The notes under the pieces are model-generated. The model saw nothing but the letters and a program-made list of their open reading frames with translations. It ran no database searches and had not been told where the DNA came from. A DNA stretch of 64,000 bases from an uncultured Candidatus Binatia bacterium (GTDB lineage: Bacteria; Desulfobacterota; Binatia; Bin18), in the NCBI GenBank assembly GCA_965214605.1, contig OZ243961.1, positions 608,001 to 672,000 of the forward strand. The letters are read 5' to 3'. Below, piece after piece: positions 17,205-27,368 of this stretch. Positions within the stretch are counted from its first letter, which is position 1; every line of letters starts with the position of its first letter. The translations under genes were made by a program, and so were the position numbers.

Positions 17205-17822
17205 ATGTTTAGACCTCGTTTTCTGTTCGTTTTTATCAGTATACTAGTCGGCCTGAGTGTCCCAGACTCCAGCAACGGACAGCCGGAAAAGCTCTCCCGC
17301 ACGGGTCCTCTGCACTCTATTGAGGAATACGCCGAGCGGCTCGCGATTGATGAGACCACGCGCGGCGCCATCCGTCTCATCGTTGAGGACACGCGGAGCA
17401 GAGGTCAAGAAATCCGCGCCTCTTTAGCCCAGGCTCGGGCTCAAATGCGCAACCTGCTGACTCAGGACAGCCCGGACGACGCGGCGGTTATGCAGCAGGC
17501 CGAAAAAATCGGGGCGCTCCGAGTTGAGAAGCAGAAAAACCGCCTGCGGGCGATGCTGCAGATTCGGGCCCTGTTAAGCCCCCAGCAGCGCCAAGCGCTC
17601 ACCGCGCTGCGCGAGCAAGAACGGCCCCACCGACGGGGGCGGTCCCACCGGCGGGGGCGTTTTGGCGCGTGTCGGGCCGATGTGGCCGAGCTATGTCCGC
17701 AGGCCGAGCCAGGACAGCCGGCCCTGCAGTGTCTCAACGACAATTGGTCCGCCCTATCCACAGGCTGTCAGGCGATATTTAAACACGGCCCACATAGGGG
17801 CAGACCGGAACAGCGGGATTGA
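17205..17822 (+). CDS. Spy/CpxP-family periplasmic protein with C-terminal cysteine-rich repeat
   Basis: Signal peptide; helical body with LLSPQQRQ (LTxxQ-like); C-terminal CRADVAELC...QCL...LSTGCQ. Confidence 0.7.
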   Translation: MFRPRFLFVFISILVGLSVPDSSNGQPEKLSRTGPLHSIEEYAERLAIDETTRGAIRLIVEDTRSRGQEIRASLAQARAQMRNLLTQDSPDDAAVMQQAEKIGALRVEKQKNRLRAMLQIRALLSPQQRQALTALREQERPHRRGRSHRRGRFGACRADVAELCPQAEPGQPALQCLNDNWSALSTGCQAIFKHGPHRGRPEQRD

Positions 17823-17833
17823 GTTGGGCTGGG

Positions 17834-19315
17834 CTATTTCCCGGACTGAACCGGCGGTGGGCTAGGCTGTGGGGCACCGATCGGCTCGGGATGGGGCTGG
17901 GCAGCCCCGGACGGATTGGTATAGATATCGTTGAGCTGTTGGACATAGCGATCTGCCTCGCTCCGGATCTTGTGGACAAGTGTCCGGGTCCGGGCATTCC
18001 AGGCGGTCGGCTCGGTGCGAAACATACTTCGATACCAGCACGTATTGCGCTGAAAGGCCGCGGCCAGATTGTCCACATAGCGATCAGACTGGTCGGTTTG
18101 GTCTTGACGGAAGGCAGCAATGATCCGCTCACCCACCCGGCGGCGGACCTGCCAGTGCGCATAGCCGGCGAGAAGACACGCCCCCCCAAGGCCCCAGACT
18201 CCAAGTCCAAGGACCACCTCGCCCAAGCCGAGCCAGACCAGAAGTCCGGTCAGGGCAATCCCGACCCCGAGCAGCAGCCCGTCCCGCCACACGATTCCCG
18301 TCCTCCAAGCGCGCAGCATGCTCCGTAACTGGGGAATCACATATCGCTCCAGCTCATCCGCCGAGCGTTCTAAGGCCCCTACCACCCGGTAGGCTTGAGC
18401 GGTCCGAACCTGCTGAATACGAGTCTGGATCTCGGCATAGTCGTGCGCTCGCAGCGCTTCGTAGCGGGCCCGGACCTGCGGATTATCAATGAGAGTAGTC
18501 GCCGAGCGGCTATAGATGTGATAGAAGCGCCCAGCGGTGAGGCCCTTTTGGGCCAGGCTACGCTGCCAGGCGGCTACCACCTGCTCGGCATTATCATCCT
18601 GGGCGGTTGCATCCAGATGGTTCAACACGTACAGAAATTTATTGGAGTCCGAGCGACGGATTGTTTTTTCGACCAGATGGTCGAGCGTATCTCGCATAGA
18701 GCCCGCCTCTGGGTGTCGCGCATCAAAAAAAACGAGGACGAGGTCGGATAAGGCGACGATGTGGTCAGTCAGGCGCAACACGGCCGTGCGTTGCTCATCC
18801 GCATCAAAGCCGGGACTATCAATGAGAATCCGTCCTCGGGCTACCTCGCTGGGACAGGTCTTGAGCTGGAGATAGGCGTCCATACGACCGCCTTCACCCG
18901 GAGCTGAAGACTCGAGGTCCTGGCTGATTTTGTAAAACGGGAAACGTGGGTCTGCGTCTAAGGCTAGGGCTGGCAGAGTTCGGACCTCTTTGCCGTAACA
19001 CACGACCGTAAACTTATCGTCAACGGCTTGGTTGCCGGTCAGCTGTAAAGGATGGTCAAGATAGTCGTTGAGAAAGGTCGATTTGCCAGCCGAATACGTC
19101 CCCAAAACCGCAATAATTGGCCACCACGGCACCTGGCGGGTATAAGATGCTGTGCGAGACAGAAAGCCCAATTCCCGGGCGACCTTATCGAGCTCTCGAA
19201 AGCTGGCCACCACGGCTAAAAAGATCGTCCCCTCTGCCCCCATCTCGTGCTGGATGTGGGATTCGAGAGCCTGTTCGAGACGGTCCGATTGCTCGACCTT
19301 CCATCCAAATAACAC
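17834..19315 (-). CDS. Dynamin-family (EHD-like) P-loop NTPase with C-terminal membrane hairpin
   Basis: VLGTYSAGKSTFLN, ILIDSPG, DLVLVFFDA, YVLNHLD; two TM segments; AGGAG RBS before GTG. Confidence 0.8.
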   Translation of the reverse strand: MLFGWKVEQSDRLEQALESHIQHEMGAEGTIFLAVVASFRELDKVARELGFLSRTASYTRQVPWWPIIAVLGTYSAGKSTFLNDYLDHPLQLTGNQAVDDKFTVVCYGKEVRTLPALALDADPRFPFYKISQDLESSAPGEGGRMDAYLQLKTCPSEVARGRILIDSPGFDADEQRTAVLRLTDHIVALSDLVLVFFDARHPEAGSMRDTLDHLVEKTIRRSDSNKFLYVLNHLDATAQDDNAEQVVAAWQRSLAQKGLTAGRFYHIYSRSATTLIDNPQVRARYEALRAHDYAEIQTRIQQVRTAQAYRVVGALERSADELERYVIPQLRSMLRAWRTGIVWRDGLLLGVGIALTGLLVWLGLGEVVLGLGVWGLGGACLLAGYAHWQVRRRVGERIIAAFRQDQTDQSDRYVDNLAAAFQRNTCWYRSMFRTEPTAWNARTRTLVHKIRSEADRYVQQLNDIYTNPSGAAQPHPEPIGAPQPSPPPVQSGK

Positions 19316-19388
19316 GCGCGCTTCTCCTGTGTCAGGGGAGACGCTCGCATGAGCCTGCTCAGAGCGTCTCGGCCTCGTATACGCTCCT

Positions 19389-21815
19389 TCAGGTCGCGGC
19401 TTGGGCCGACCGCTTAATGATAAAACCCGGCTTGAACAGCGCCACCAGAACCGGCAGCAGGGTCATCGTCGCCAGAAAACTCACTCCCATCCACAGCGCC
19501 AACAATAGCCCCATCTCCCCACTAAAACGGAGGCTCGACATAGTCCAGAACAGGGTTCCCAGAATCATCGTCAGCGCGGTAAACGTGACCGCCTTGCCCG
19601 AGGTCACCAACGCCTGAAAGATGGCCGTGTCCAGGGAGTGTCCGGGCTTTTGCTCCTCAATAATCCGGCTGATAATGTAGAAGGCGTAGTCAATGCCAAA
19701 ACCAACCCCAACCGTGACAACCGGCAGGGTATGGATATTGATACCAATGTCCCGCGCTCCCATATAGGCGTGAATGATCACGTTAGCGATCAGCAGCGGC
19801 AGAATCATGTACATCCCAGCCAGGAGTGACCGATAGGTCACTACCAAGATGAGGAAGATTGTACCAAAGCCAAGGATATTGACCAGAATGTCGTTCTTGA
19901 GCAGCTCCTCATTGGCGGCGGCTAAAACTCCGATCGGTCCGCCGGCAAGGCGGAACTGAGCGGTCTGCAAGGGGTTGGCGGCAATATACTCACGGGCCCG
20001 CTTGATCACGCGGCGTACGGTATCCCCCTTGTGGTCGGTCAAGTAAAAGTGGATAGGAGCGTGGCGGAACTGATAGTCGATAATCCGCGCGCTCTCGCTA
20101 TGCGATACGCCAAAGAAGTAGCCCGAGATGGCCATCAAGATCCGACTACGCGTCCGGGGCAGAACACTCCACTTTGGATCTCCGGTGCCATTCACAGCCC
20201 CCAGAATATCCACAAACGAAAAACTCGCTCCAACCGAGGGGTCGCGTTCTAGGTAGCGCTGGAACTTCTCAATCCACGGCAATACCTCCGGGTTCATTAG
20301 CGATGGCTGGGAGTCGCGTCTCTGGAGAATTTCCCGCGCGCTCAAACCTGCCTCAGCCCCATCTTCCTCTGGGGGCAGGAGGCGCTCGACCATGACCATC
20401 AGGTTCTCCACTCCGCCGAAGGTTTCTTGAATGCGGGCATGAGCGGTATTGTAGGGAGAGTCGCGGTACAGCAGGGGTGAAATCGCGCTGGGATCACCGA
20501 TAACAAGATTTTGCCAAAAATAGATACTCCCGCCCATCAGCCCGATCCAGATGACCAAGGTCAGGGCTTTGCCCACCGGCGACAGCAGACCTGAAGCCAG
20601 ACTGCTCAGCACCCGTTTAAATAGACCGCTTTCACGTTTGACGACGATACGCACGTCGGGTTCACGCAGGTAGTGGTAGACAATCGGATTGAGCAGCAGT
20701 TCGCTGATCATAATGGCTAAAATCCACACTGCCGCGCTAATAGCCAGTTTCTGGAGCAGGACAATGGGGACGAACAGGATCACGAGTACCCCCAACGCGT
20801 CGGTCAGAATGCCCGACAGGGTCGGGACGAACAGCTTGGCAAAAGCCGCCACAATCGCTTGTTCCTTCTGCCAGTCGGCCCTTTGGTACTCCTCGTAGTA
20901 GCGCTCGTGCATCTGCACCGAGTGACTGACCGCCCGGGCGGTAATGAAAAACGGGATGACCAGCGTCAGCGGGTCAAGGTTAAAACCGATCATTTTGATA
21001 AAGCCCAGCCCCCAAATGGCCGACACCACTCCGGTAATAGTCGGTCGCAGCGCGCCCCGAATGTCGTGAAAGTACAGATATAGGAAGACCCACATCAGAA
21101 TGGTGGTCGCCAAGAAGATCACATACACCTGTCTGGCGTAGTAATACACCCAGCCGTACAGAGCCGGATGGCCGGCAATGTGGATCGTGGTGTTATCGTC
21201 GCTAAACGGCTCAACTATCGCGCCCATGATTTCATCAAACAGGCGCCGATGATCGATCCGGCCCTCGATAAACGTGGCTTGCAGTAGGGTGGCTTTTTCG
21301 TCGAGTGAGACCAGCACCCCGTACAAATTCGGCGTGGTATAGACAATCTCCCGCACACGTCGCACATCGTTCTCATTCTGCGGTGCACGTTCCATGATCG
21401 GCTCGATCTCGGTCAGGCCACCGCCCTTGAGCTGGATACGCCGGTTGGTCCGGTGGGCCAAGGAGTTAATCAGATCGTGGTTGATGCCGTAGATCGTATC
21501 GAGCCGCTTGGTCATATCGAAGATTTTGCCCAGCGTCTGGCGAGTAAAGATCGTGCCCTCTTTGACCTCCAACATAATCTGGAGCGTATTCGCTCCGCCC
21601 ACCTCTTGGGCATACTGGTTATGGGTCTTGATGAACTCATGGTTCTGAGGCAGCTGTTCGTCAAAACGGGTGACCAGATCAAGCTGGAAGGCAAAGGCGG
21701 CAAATACCAACGTTGCCAAGGCTACGCTAATCAAAACGATCTTGCGCTGCACGATCAGCTGTTCGCCGAGCCGATACAGAAAAGCCTGATTGGTACTCTC
21801 AGCTGTTTCAGTCAT
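19389..21815 (-). CDS. MMPL/RND-superfamily transporter
   Basis: 808 aa in two repeats, each with a periplasmic loop and TM bundle; RAVSHSVQ, GFGIDY, TSGKAV. Confidence 0.9.
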   Translation of the reverse strand: MTETAESTNQAFLYRLGEQLIVQRKIVLISVALATLVFAAFAFQLDLVTRFDEQLPQNHEFIKTHNQYAQEVGGANTLQIMLEVKEGTIFTRQTLGKIFDMTKRLDTIYGINHDLINSLAHRTNRRIQLKGGGLTEIEPIMERAPQNENDVRRVREIVYTTPNLYGVLVSLDEKATLLQATFIEGRIDHRRLFDEIMGAIVEPFSDDNTTIHIAGHPALYGWVYYYARQVYVIFLATTILMWVFLYLYFHDIRGALRPTITGVVSAIWGLGFIKMIGFNLDPLTLVIPFFITARAVSHSVQMHERYYEEYQRADWQKEQAIVAAFAKLFVPTLSGILTDALGVLVILFVPIVLLQKLAISAAVWILAIMISELLLNPIVYHYLREPDVRIVVKRESGLFKRVLSSLASGLLSPVGKALTLVIWIGLMGGSIYFWQNLVIGDPSAISPLLYRDSPYNTAHARIQETFGGVENLMVMVERLLPPEEDGAEAGLSAREILQRRDSQPSLMNPEVLPWIEKFQRYLERDPSVGASFSFVDILGAVNGTGDPKWSVLPRTRSRILMAISGYFFGVSHSESARIIDYQFRHAPIHFYLTDHKGDTVRRVIKRAREYIAANPLQTAQFRLAGGPIGVLAAANEELLKNDILVNILGFGTIFLILVVTYRSLLAGMYMILPLLIANVIIHAYMGARDIGINIHTLPVVTVGVGFGIDYAFYIISRIIEEQKPGHSLDTAIFQALVTSGKAVTFTALTMILGTLFWTMSSLRFSGEMGLLLALWMGVSFLATMTLLPVLVALFKPGFIIKRSAQAAT

Positions 21816-22864
21816 CGTATTCTCCCTTCTTGCTCGGATTGATCAATCCGCTAGCACTGACCATCCCATCCAAACCAGACCGCGTCAAGCACCGAGGAGG
21901 CGTGCGGCCTCAATATGAGCCTGGGTCCAGTATTGTTTGTAAAGCGCCCAGCAAGACTTCAGGCTGCAACGGCGGCGGCGTGCACGGCCCAAAAGCTCCT
22001 AGTCCGGACGGTCTTGGGCGTTCCGTTGCGCCTTAAGGTCGGGGCGACTCAGAGGAACAGTTTATCCATTTGTGCCGGAAGAATCGGAAGGGACGGTTTG
22101 AACCGATCACAGACAAAGAGTCGGTCATCATGGCTCCGACCGGCTCAAAGAGCGACTGACGAACCGGCAAAATGTTCTACGCTACTTACCCGATCGGGCT
22201 AGAAGAAACAGGGCCGGACTGTCCCGTACCTCGTCCACTAACTGCCCTCTGTCCAACGGGGCAATCCGCTTACCGGAAGAGGACTGGCCTGCCCTCAGCC
22301 CGAGGAAAAAGAGCCGGCTTTGTCCCCTTCTGCCCCAATTCTGCGCTGAAACCGCGCTTAGCGAGGCAACTCTACAGGATAAGATGCAAGAGTATAGTGA
22401 CCATGGCCCACGCCTAGCCTGGCTGCCGGTCCTGCCAATGTTGCGCCTCTGGATGCGCGAAACTTTTCTTGAGCGAGACATGAAAAAGCTAGATGAGAAC
22501 TATGTCCCCAAGGGTAGAGGCGAGTATTGGCTCGACGCCAAACTTCGACCGTCTCATATTGGACGCGACACTCAGGCCGATATCCTCCAGAATCTGCTGC
22601 AAATTTACCTCCACGATCGGTGCACCCTGCGTATCGCCTCTCACCACAAACTCAATACCCACCGTAACGAATTCGACGATTTTCCGGCGCAGTACCGCGT
22701 CAGGGTCAATAACCGTGTCAGTGAGTCGTCGAGGAAGCTCGAGCGCAGGCTGGCAGGCGATCAGGCCTCGGGCGACCAATGGAACCGGCGCCACCCGATT
22801 CGTTCGGCAATACCCTCTGTCTTTAATGTGCCGCTCATTCATCCACCCAGGGGTTCACTTGTGC

Positions 22865-23130
22865 AGGTGTGGCCCGCGCCCGGCTCAATAGTTTTGAGGT
22901 CAATTTCGGCTTGTGTGTCGGGCAGCGCTCCGAAGCGATCGCTAGGCGTCCTTGGCCACTTCTTTCGTATCCCTGGACCTTGGCCTGTATTTTGGCGCGG
23001 TTATTGCGGCCGAAATCGGCACCGAGAATGCCTGCTGCCACTTCTCCGGCTACGCGCTGCCAGGCGAGACACATCTCGGCCCTGTCCCGAGGTTCCCACT
23101 TCGGCTCCTTCGCACCCCAGACCAGCACGC
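22865..23130 (+). pseudogene. Possible degraded IS110-family transposase fragment
   Basis: Across a frameshift reads RIPG / LGLYFGAVIAAEIG...HFSGYA..GETHLGPVPRF..RLLR, resembling the IS110 C-terminal IPGxG..A..I.AEIG...YAG motif. Confidence 0.4.
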
Positions 23131-23625
23131 CTGGACAGCGTCTCGGCGCCGCGTTCTTTGGTCCACCGACTTATCCTCTCAACACCCCGGCCTCCATCTC
23201 CCTAATTCTAGCTCAGGGTCAACGACACGGCTGGCAGGCGAATCTTGAACAGCGGCGCCCTCCTCCAGAGAAAGGACAACTAGAGCGCCCCGCGGACGAA
23301 CTCGTCCCTGATCGGCTCCGCCTGGCCGGCTTGATCGTGGTTTCTCGGTCCAGCGAAGCCCGCCAGTCACAGACAACCTTCTCCGCAGGTTGTCTGATGA
23401 TGGATGCGAAAGCCGCTGGTTGCGACCTTTATGAAAAAGCCCGAGGTTTCCAGGACCGTCGGCCCCGCTGTCGATCGTTGTTGTTTTGCTCTTCGGCTAC
23501 CGACCGCGAAACGCCATGCCGGGAGATGGGCGACCTTGTCCACCTGTCCGCCGGACGACTCGAACTAGGCTTGCTGTGCGACACAGCGGTGGATGTTACG
23601 CCGCTGACGGGCAGCAAGCGCCCGA

Positions 23626-24237
23626 CTAGCGCTCCAACTCGGTGTTCCAATACGCCGCGTCCACCTCGCTCAGGTAGGGCAGCCACTCCCGGTAGTGTTT
23701 AAAACTAAAAGTCTCGATCATAAACGGCGTCCACTCCGGCTGCACGGGGTTCTTGACCAGCCGCATATGGGTCTCTTGGAGCAGCAGACCGCCTTTTTTC
23801 CGGTTGCAGGCAAAACACGAGCACACCACATTATCCCAGCTCGACGTACCGCCTTTGGAGCGCGGAATGACATGATCGAGATTCAGCTCTGAGCGCGGCA
23901 GGCGTTTGCCACAGTACTGACAGGTGTTTTTGTCACGGGCAAACACGTTGAAACGCGAGAAGCGGACACGACGTTTTGGTACGCGGTCGTAGGAAACTAG
24001 GAGAATGACGCGCGGTACTTTAATGGCCTGGTCGACGAGGCCGATGGTTTCGTCGTTCAAGGATGCCGACAGGGCGCTCCAGCTGTCAAAATCAAAGGTC
24101 TGGTACTGATCATTAACAGCTTTGGCAATGCCCTGGTAGAGCAGGGAAAACGCGCGTCGTAGTGGGGTGACATGGACAGGAAAGTAGGACCGATTGAGTA
24201 CCAACACTTTGGTATTGAGGAGACTCATGGCTGCCAT
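23626..24237 (-). CDS. HNH endonuclease (McrA-like)
   Basis: VLVLNRSY, FSRFNVFARDKNTCQYCG, LDHVIPRSKGG, WDNVVCSCFACNRKKG. Confidence 0.92.
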   Translation of the reverse strand: MAAMSLLNTKVLVLNRSYFPVHVTPLRRAFSLLYQGIAKAVNDQYQTFDFDSWSALSASLNDETIGLVDQAIKVPRVILLVSYDRVPKRRVRFSRFNVFARDKNTCQYCGKRLPRSELNLDHVIPRSKGGTSSWDNVVCSCFACNRKKGGLLLQETHMRLVKNPVQPEWTPFMIETFSFKHYREWLPYLSEVDAAYWNTELER

Positions 24238-24492
24238 ATCTTTCCCGAATCGGCCGTTCTTTCCACGGCTTCTAAGTCCTTAACGGACAATAATTTTTCC
24301 CGCCACCGTATCTATCGGCCGATAGGCTGTCAAGATTTGGGGGGCAGATCGGGGTGGAAGAGGAGACACTGGCCACGAAAAATTCACAAAGGAGAGAGGG
24401 GCGCAGATCAGCCCGACGAGCGCGCCCCTCCCCTTCACACTGGCATCAGCTGGCTTCCTTGTGTATAGTTTGCGCATTGTAAAGGCGATAAT

Positions 24493-27366
24493 GTGAAGAC
24501 ACACCACCTCCCCCGCACCACATATCTTCGACAAGCCTATGCCGCACTCTTACCCCTGGTCACCCAACCCGCCCGCTATGCTGGCGGAGAACGGGGGACA
24601 GTGGTCAAAGACCCGGCCCAGGTGCAGCTGCGTTTTGCCCTGGCTTTTCCAGAAGTGTACGAAATTGCCCAGTCCCACCTCGGGCTCCAGATTTTGTACG
24701 GCCTGCTCAACGGGCGCCCGCAGGTGCAGGCCGAACGGGTATATGCGCCGTGGGTGGATATGGAAGCCGCGTTGCGCCAACGCGGTCTTCCGCTCGTCTC
24801 GCTTGAGACCTATACCCCACTATCGGCCTTCGACATTGTCGGTTTTAGCCTCCAGTACGAACTGACGTATACTAACATCCTGATGATGCTGGATTTGGGC
24901 GGCCTCCGGCTTCTGTCTAAGGATCGGGACGAAACCCATCCGTTGATTATTGCCGGCGGGCCGTGCGCCTTTCACCCCGAGCCCATTGCCGAGTATATTG
25001 ACGCATTTCTGCTGGGTGACGGAGAAGAAGCGATCTTTGACATATGCGAGGCGTATCTGGGCTGGGATAAAATAAACCGGGCAGATTTACTGACCGCCCT
25101 GAGTCGTATTCCCGGAGTTTATGTGCCGACTCTTTTCCGGCCTGCGTACAGCACCCAGGACAATAGTCTCCGCGAGATCTCCAGTCTCGTTCCCAACCAC
25201 GCGCTTGTCCACAAGCGCGTGGTCAATGATCTGAACGCGATTCCGCAGCTCACTCAGCAGGTCGTGCCGAACGTCAACATCGTCCACGACCGGATTGCCG
25301 TCGAAGTCATGCGCGGCTGCGTACGCGGTTGTCGTTTCTGTCAGGCCGGCTATATCTACCGCCCTTTGCGCGAGCGCGACCCACGCGCTCTCCAGCAACA
25401 AATCGATACCCTAGTCGAGAACAGCGGTTACGAAGAGGTGTCGCTGCTGAGTCTCAGCACTGGTGATTATAGCTGTGTGAACCCGCTGCTGCGCCAGATC
25501 ATGAACCGTTTTGCCGGCCTCAAGGTGTCGGTTTCGCTGCCGTCCACCCGGGTCGATGCCTTGTCCCCACATATTCTGGAAGAAATCCGCCGGGTACGCA
25601 AAACTGGCTTCACCCTAGCCCCAGAGGCTGGCACCCAGCGGATGCGCGACGTCATCCAAAAAGAGTATAAAGAAGAAGAGTTACTCGAAGCCGCTCGGGT
25701 GCTGTTCGGCCTCGGCTGGAAAAGCGTCAAGCTCTATTTCATGCTGGGCCTGCCTGGCGAAACCGAGCAAGACCTGCTCGGCATCGTGGCCCTGAGCCGC
25801 AAGGTCTCGGCCGTGGGCAAACATCGCCGCCAGGTGACCGCCAGCGTATCGACCTTTGTGCCCAAGCCGCATACTCCGTTCCAATGGGCGGGCCAGGTGA
25901 GCTTGGAGGAGACCGAGGCGCGCCAGCAGCTGCTACGCCGCGAACTGCGCCGGGCCGGCATTCAGTTCAAATGGCACGATGCTCGGCTGTCGTGGCTGGA
26001 AGGGGTGTTTGCACGGGGAGACCGTCGGCTGGCTGGCCCCTTGCTCAGCGCCTACCGGCTGGGCTGCCGGTTTGACGGCTGGACCGACCAATTCCGGCTC
26101 GACCTGTGGCAACAGGCTTTTGCTCAACACGACATTGATCCGGACCGCTACCTGCGCCGCCGTCTGTTAGACGAATGTCTGGCCTGGGATCACCTGGACA
26201 GCGGGGTAACAAAGAAATGGCTGCAACGCGACTTGGCCAAAGCGTTTGAGGGAAAGCTGACCCCAGATTGCAGTGTTGAGCGCTGCTCATACTGCGGAGC
26301 GTGCGATTTTAAAACCGTCCGCAATGTCACCTACCATCTGAACGGGGCAAAAGGGGCAGAGCATCGCGGACCGGACGTTGATGAGTGGGCGAGACGTGTG
26401 CTGCCGGATCACACACAGTGGGGGACCCGGCAGTGGCAGGGGATACAGGAGCAGAAGACCGGGGATGGGGAAAAGTCGAAGGTCAAAGGCCAGCCTCCCA
26501 GCCCTCAGCGCTCCGAACCCGCCTCCAAACTTGCTTCAGGCTTCCCTGTTACCGGCGGTAATGCCGAAGAGTGGCTAGCGGGCGACTCCAACACCATCGT
26601 GGCCAGCCAGGGCGACCAGAAGGTCGGCGTGGTACGTATCCGTATCACTTATAGCCGGCTTGAGGAGGTTCGCTTTTTGGGTGCCCGGGAGATCATCACC
26701 GTCTTTACCCGAGCGGTTCGGCGAGCCAAACTGCCCGTCGCCTACAGCCAAGGCTTCCATCCCAGCCCACGAATGAGCTTTGGCCCTGCTCTACCGCTCG
26801 GTATGGAGAGCGAGGGAGAGTTCTTTGATATTGTCTTGACCGAGGCTCTTGCTCTTACCGAGCTAGTCCGCCGACTGAATGCTCAGCTCCCGTGCGGCCT
26901 GACTATTCAGCGGGCCGAAGCCGTCGACCTTAAGGCGCCGAGCATCGACGCCAGTATCCAAGCCAGCCGCTACCAGGTGGCGCTCGACTCGCTGCCCGCG
27001 GACAAACAGACCTCAGCATTTTGGACCCAATGTTTCAACAAGTTTGCCGCAGCCACGACGTTTCCGCTGCAGAAACGCAACCGCAAGGGAGTCAAAACAC
27101 TGGACGCCAAGCACTGCGTCCGGCATCTGAGGCTGAGCACGCCCCACACGCTGAACCTTGAGATCGTCGTCACACCAAAAGGGACGCTCAATCCTCAGGA
27201 ATTTATTCGGGCCCTGGTAGGCTTATCAGAGGAAGAGGCGAAAACCCTGCGGGTGACAAAAATTCAGACTGTATTTCACCCCCCTGTGGAAGGGGAAGTG
27301 GACCCGACATCAGAGGAGCGGACGGCCGCCTTGATCGATCCGCCAACTTCTGTACGAAATGGATAG
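24493..27366 (+). CDS. TIGR03960-type radical SAM protein fused to TIGR03936/DUF2344 domain
   Basis: RGCVRGCRFCQAG (CxxxCxxC), GFTLAPEAGT, FVPKPHTPFQW; C-terminal YSQGFHPSPRMSFGPALPLG. Confidence 0.92.
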   Translation: MKTHHLPRTTYLRQAYAALLPLVTQPARYAGGERGTVVKDPAQVQLRFALAFPEVYEIAQSHLGLQILYGLLNGRPQVQAERVYAPWVDMEAALRQRGLPLVSLETYTPLSAFDIVGFSLQYELTYTNILMMLDLGGLRLLSKDRDETHPLIIAGGPCAFHPEPIAEYIDAFLLGDGEEAIFDICEAYLGWDKINRADLLTALSRIPGVYVPTLFRPAYSTQDNSLREISSLVPNHALVHKRVVNDLNAIPQLTQQVVPNVNIVHDRIAVEVMRGCVRGCRFCQAGYIYRPLRERDPRALQQQIDTLVENSGYEEVSLLSLSTGDYSCVNPLLRQIMNRFAGLKVSVSLPSTRVDALSPHILEEIRRVRKTGFTLAPEAGTQRMRDVIQKEYKEEELLEAARVLFGLGWKSVKLYFMLGLPGETEQDLLGIVALSRKVSAVGKHRRQVTASVSTFVPKPHTPFQWAGQVSLEETEARQQLLRRELRRAGIQFKWHDARLSWLEGVFARGDRRLAGPLLSAYRLGCRFDGWTDQFRLDLWQQAFAQHDIDPDRYLRRRLLDECLAWDHLDSGVTKKWLQRDLAKAFEGKLTPDCSVERCSYCGACDFKTVRNVTYHLNGAKGAEHRGPDVDEWARRVLPDHTQWGTRQWQGIQEQKTGDGEKSKVKGQPPSPQRSEPASKLASGFPVTGGNAEEWLAGDSNTIVASQGDQKVGVVRIRITYSRLEEVRFLGAREIITVFTRAVRRAKLPVAYSQGFHPSPRMSFGPALPLGMESEGEFFDIVLTEALALTELVRRLNAQLPCGLTIQRAEAVDLKAPSIDASIQASRYQVALDSLPADKQTSAFWTQCFNKFAAATTFPLQKRNRKGVKTLDAKHCVRHLRLSTPHTLNLEIVVTPKGTLNPQEFIRALVGLSEEEAKTLRVTKIQTVFHPPVEGEVDPTSEERTAALIDPPTSVRNG

Positions 27367-27368
27367 AC

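Noticed and set aside
23626-24237. HNH protein as part of the CRISPR system or an IscB/Cas9-like nuclease
   Set aside because: Ordinary ~200-aa McrA-like HNH, 18 kb from the array, with no RuvC or associated repeats
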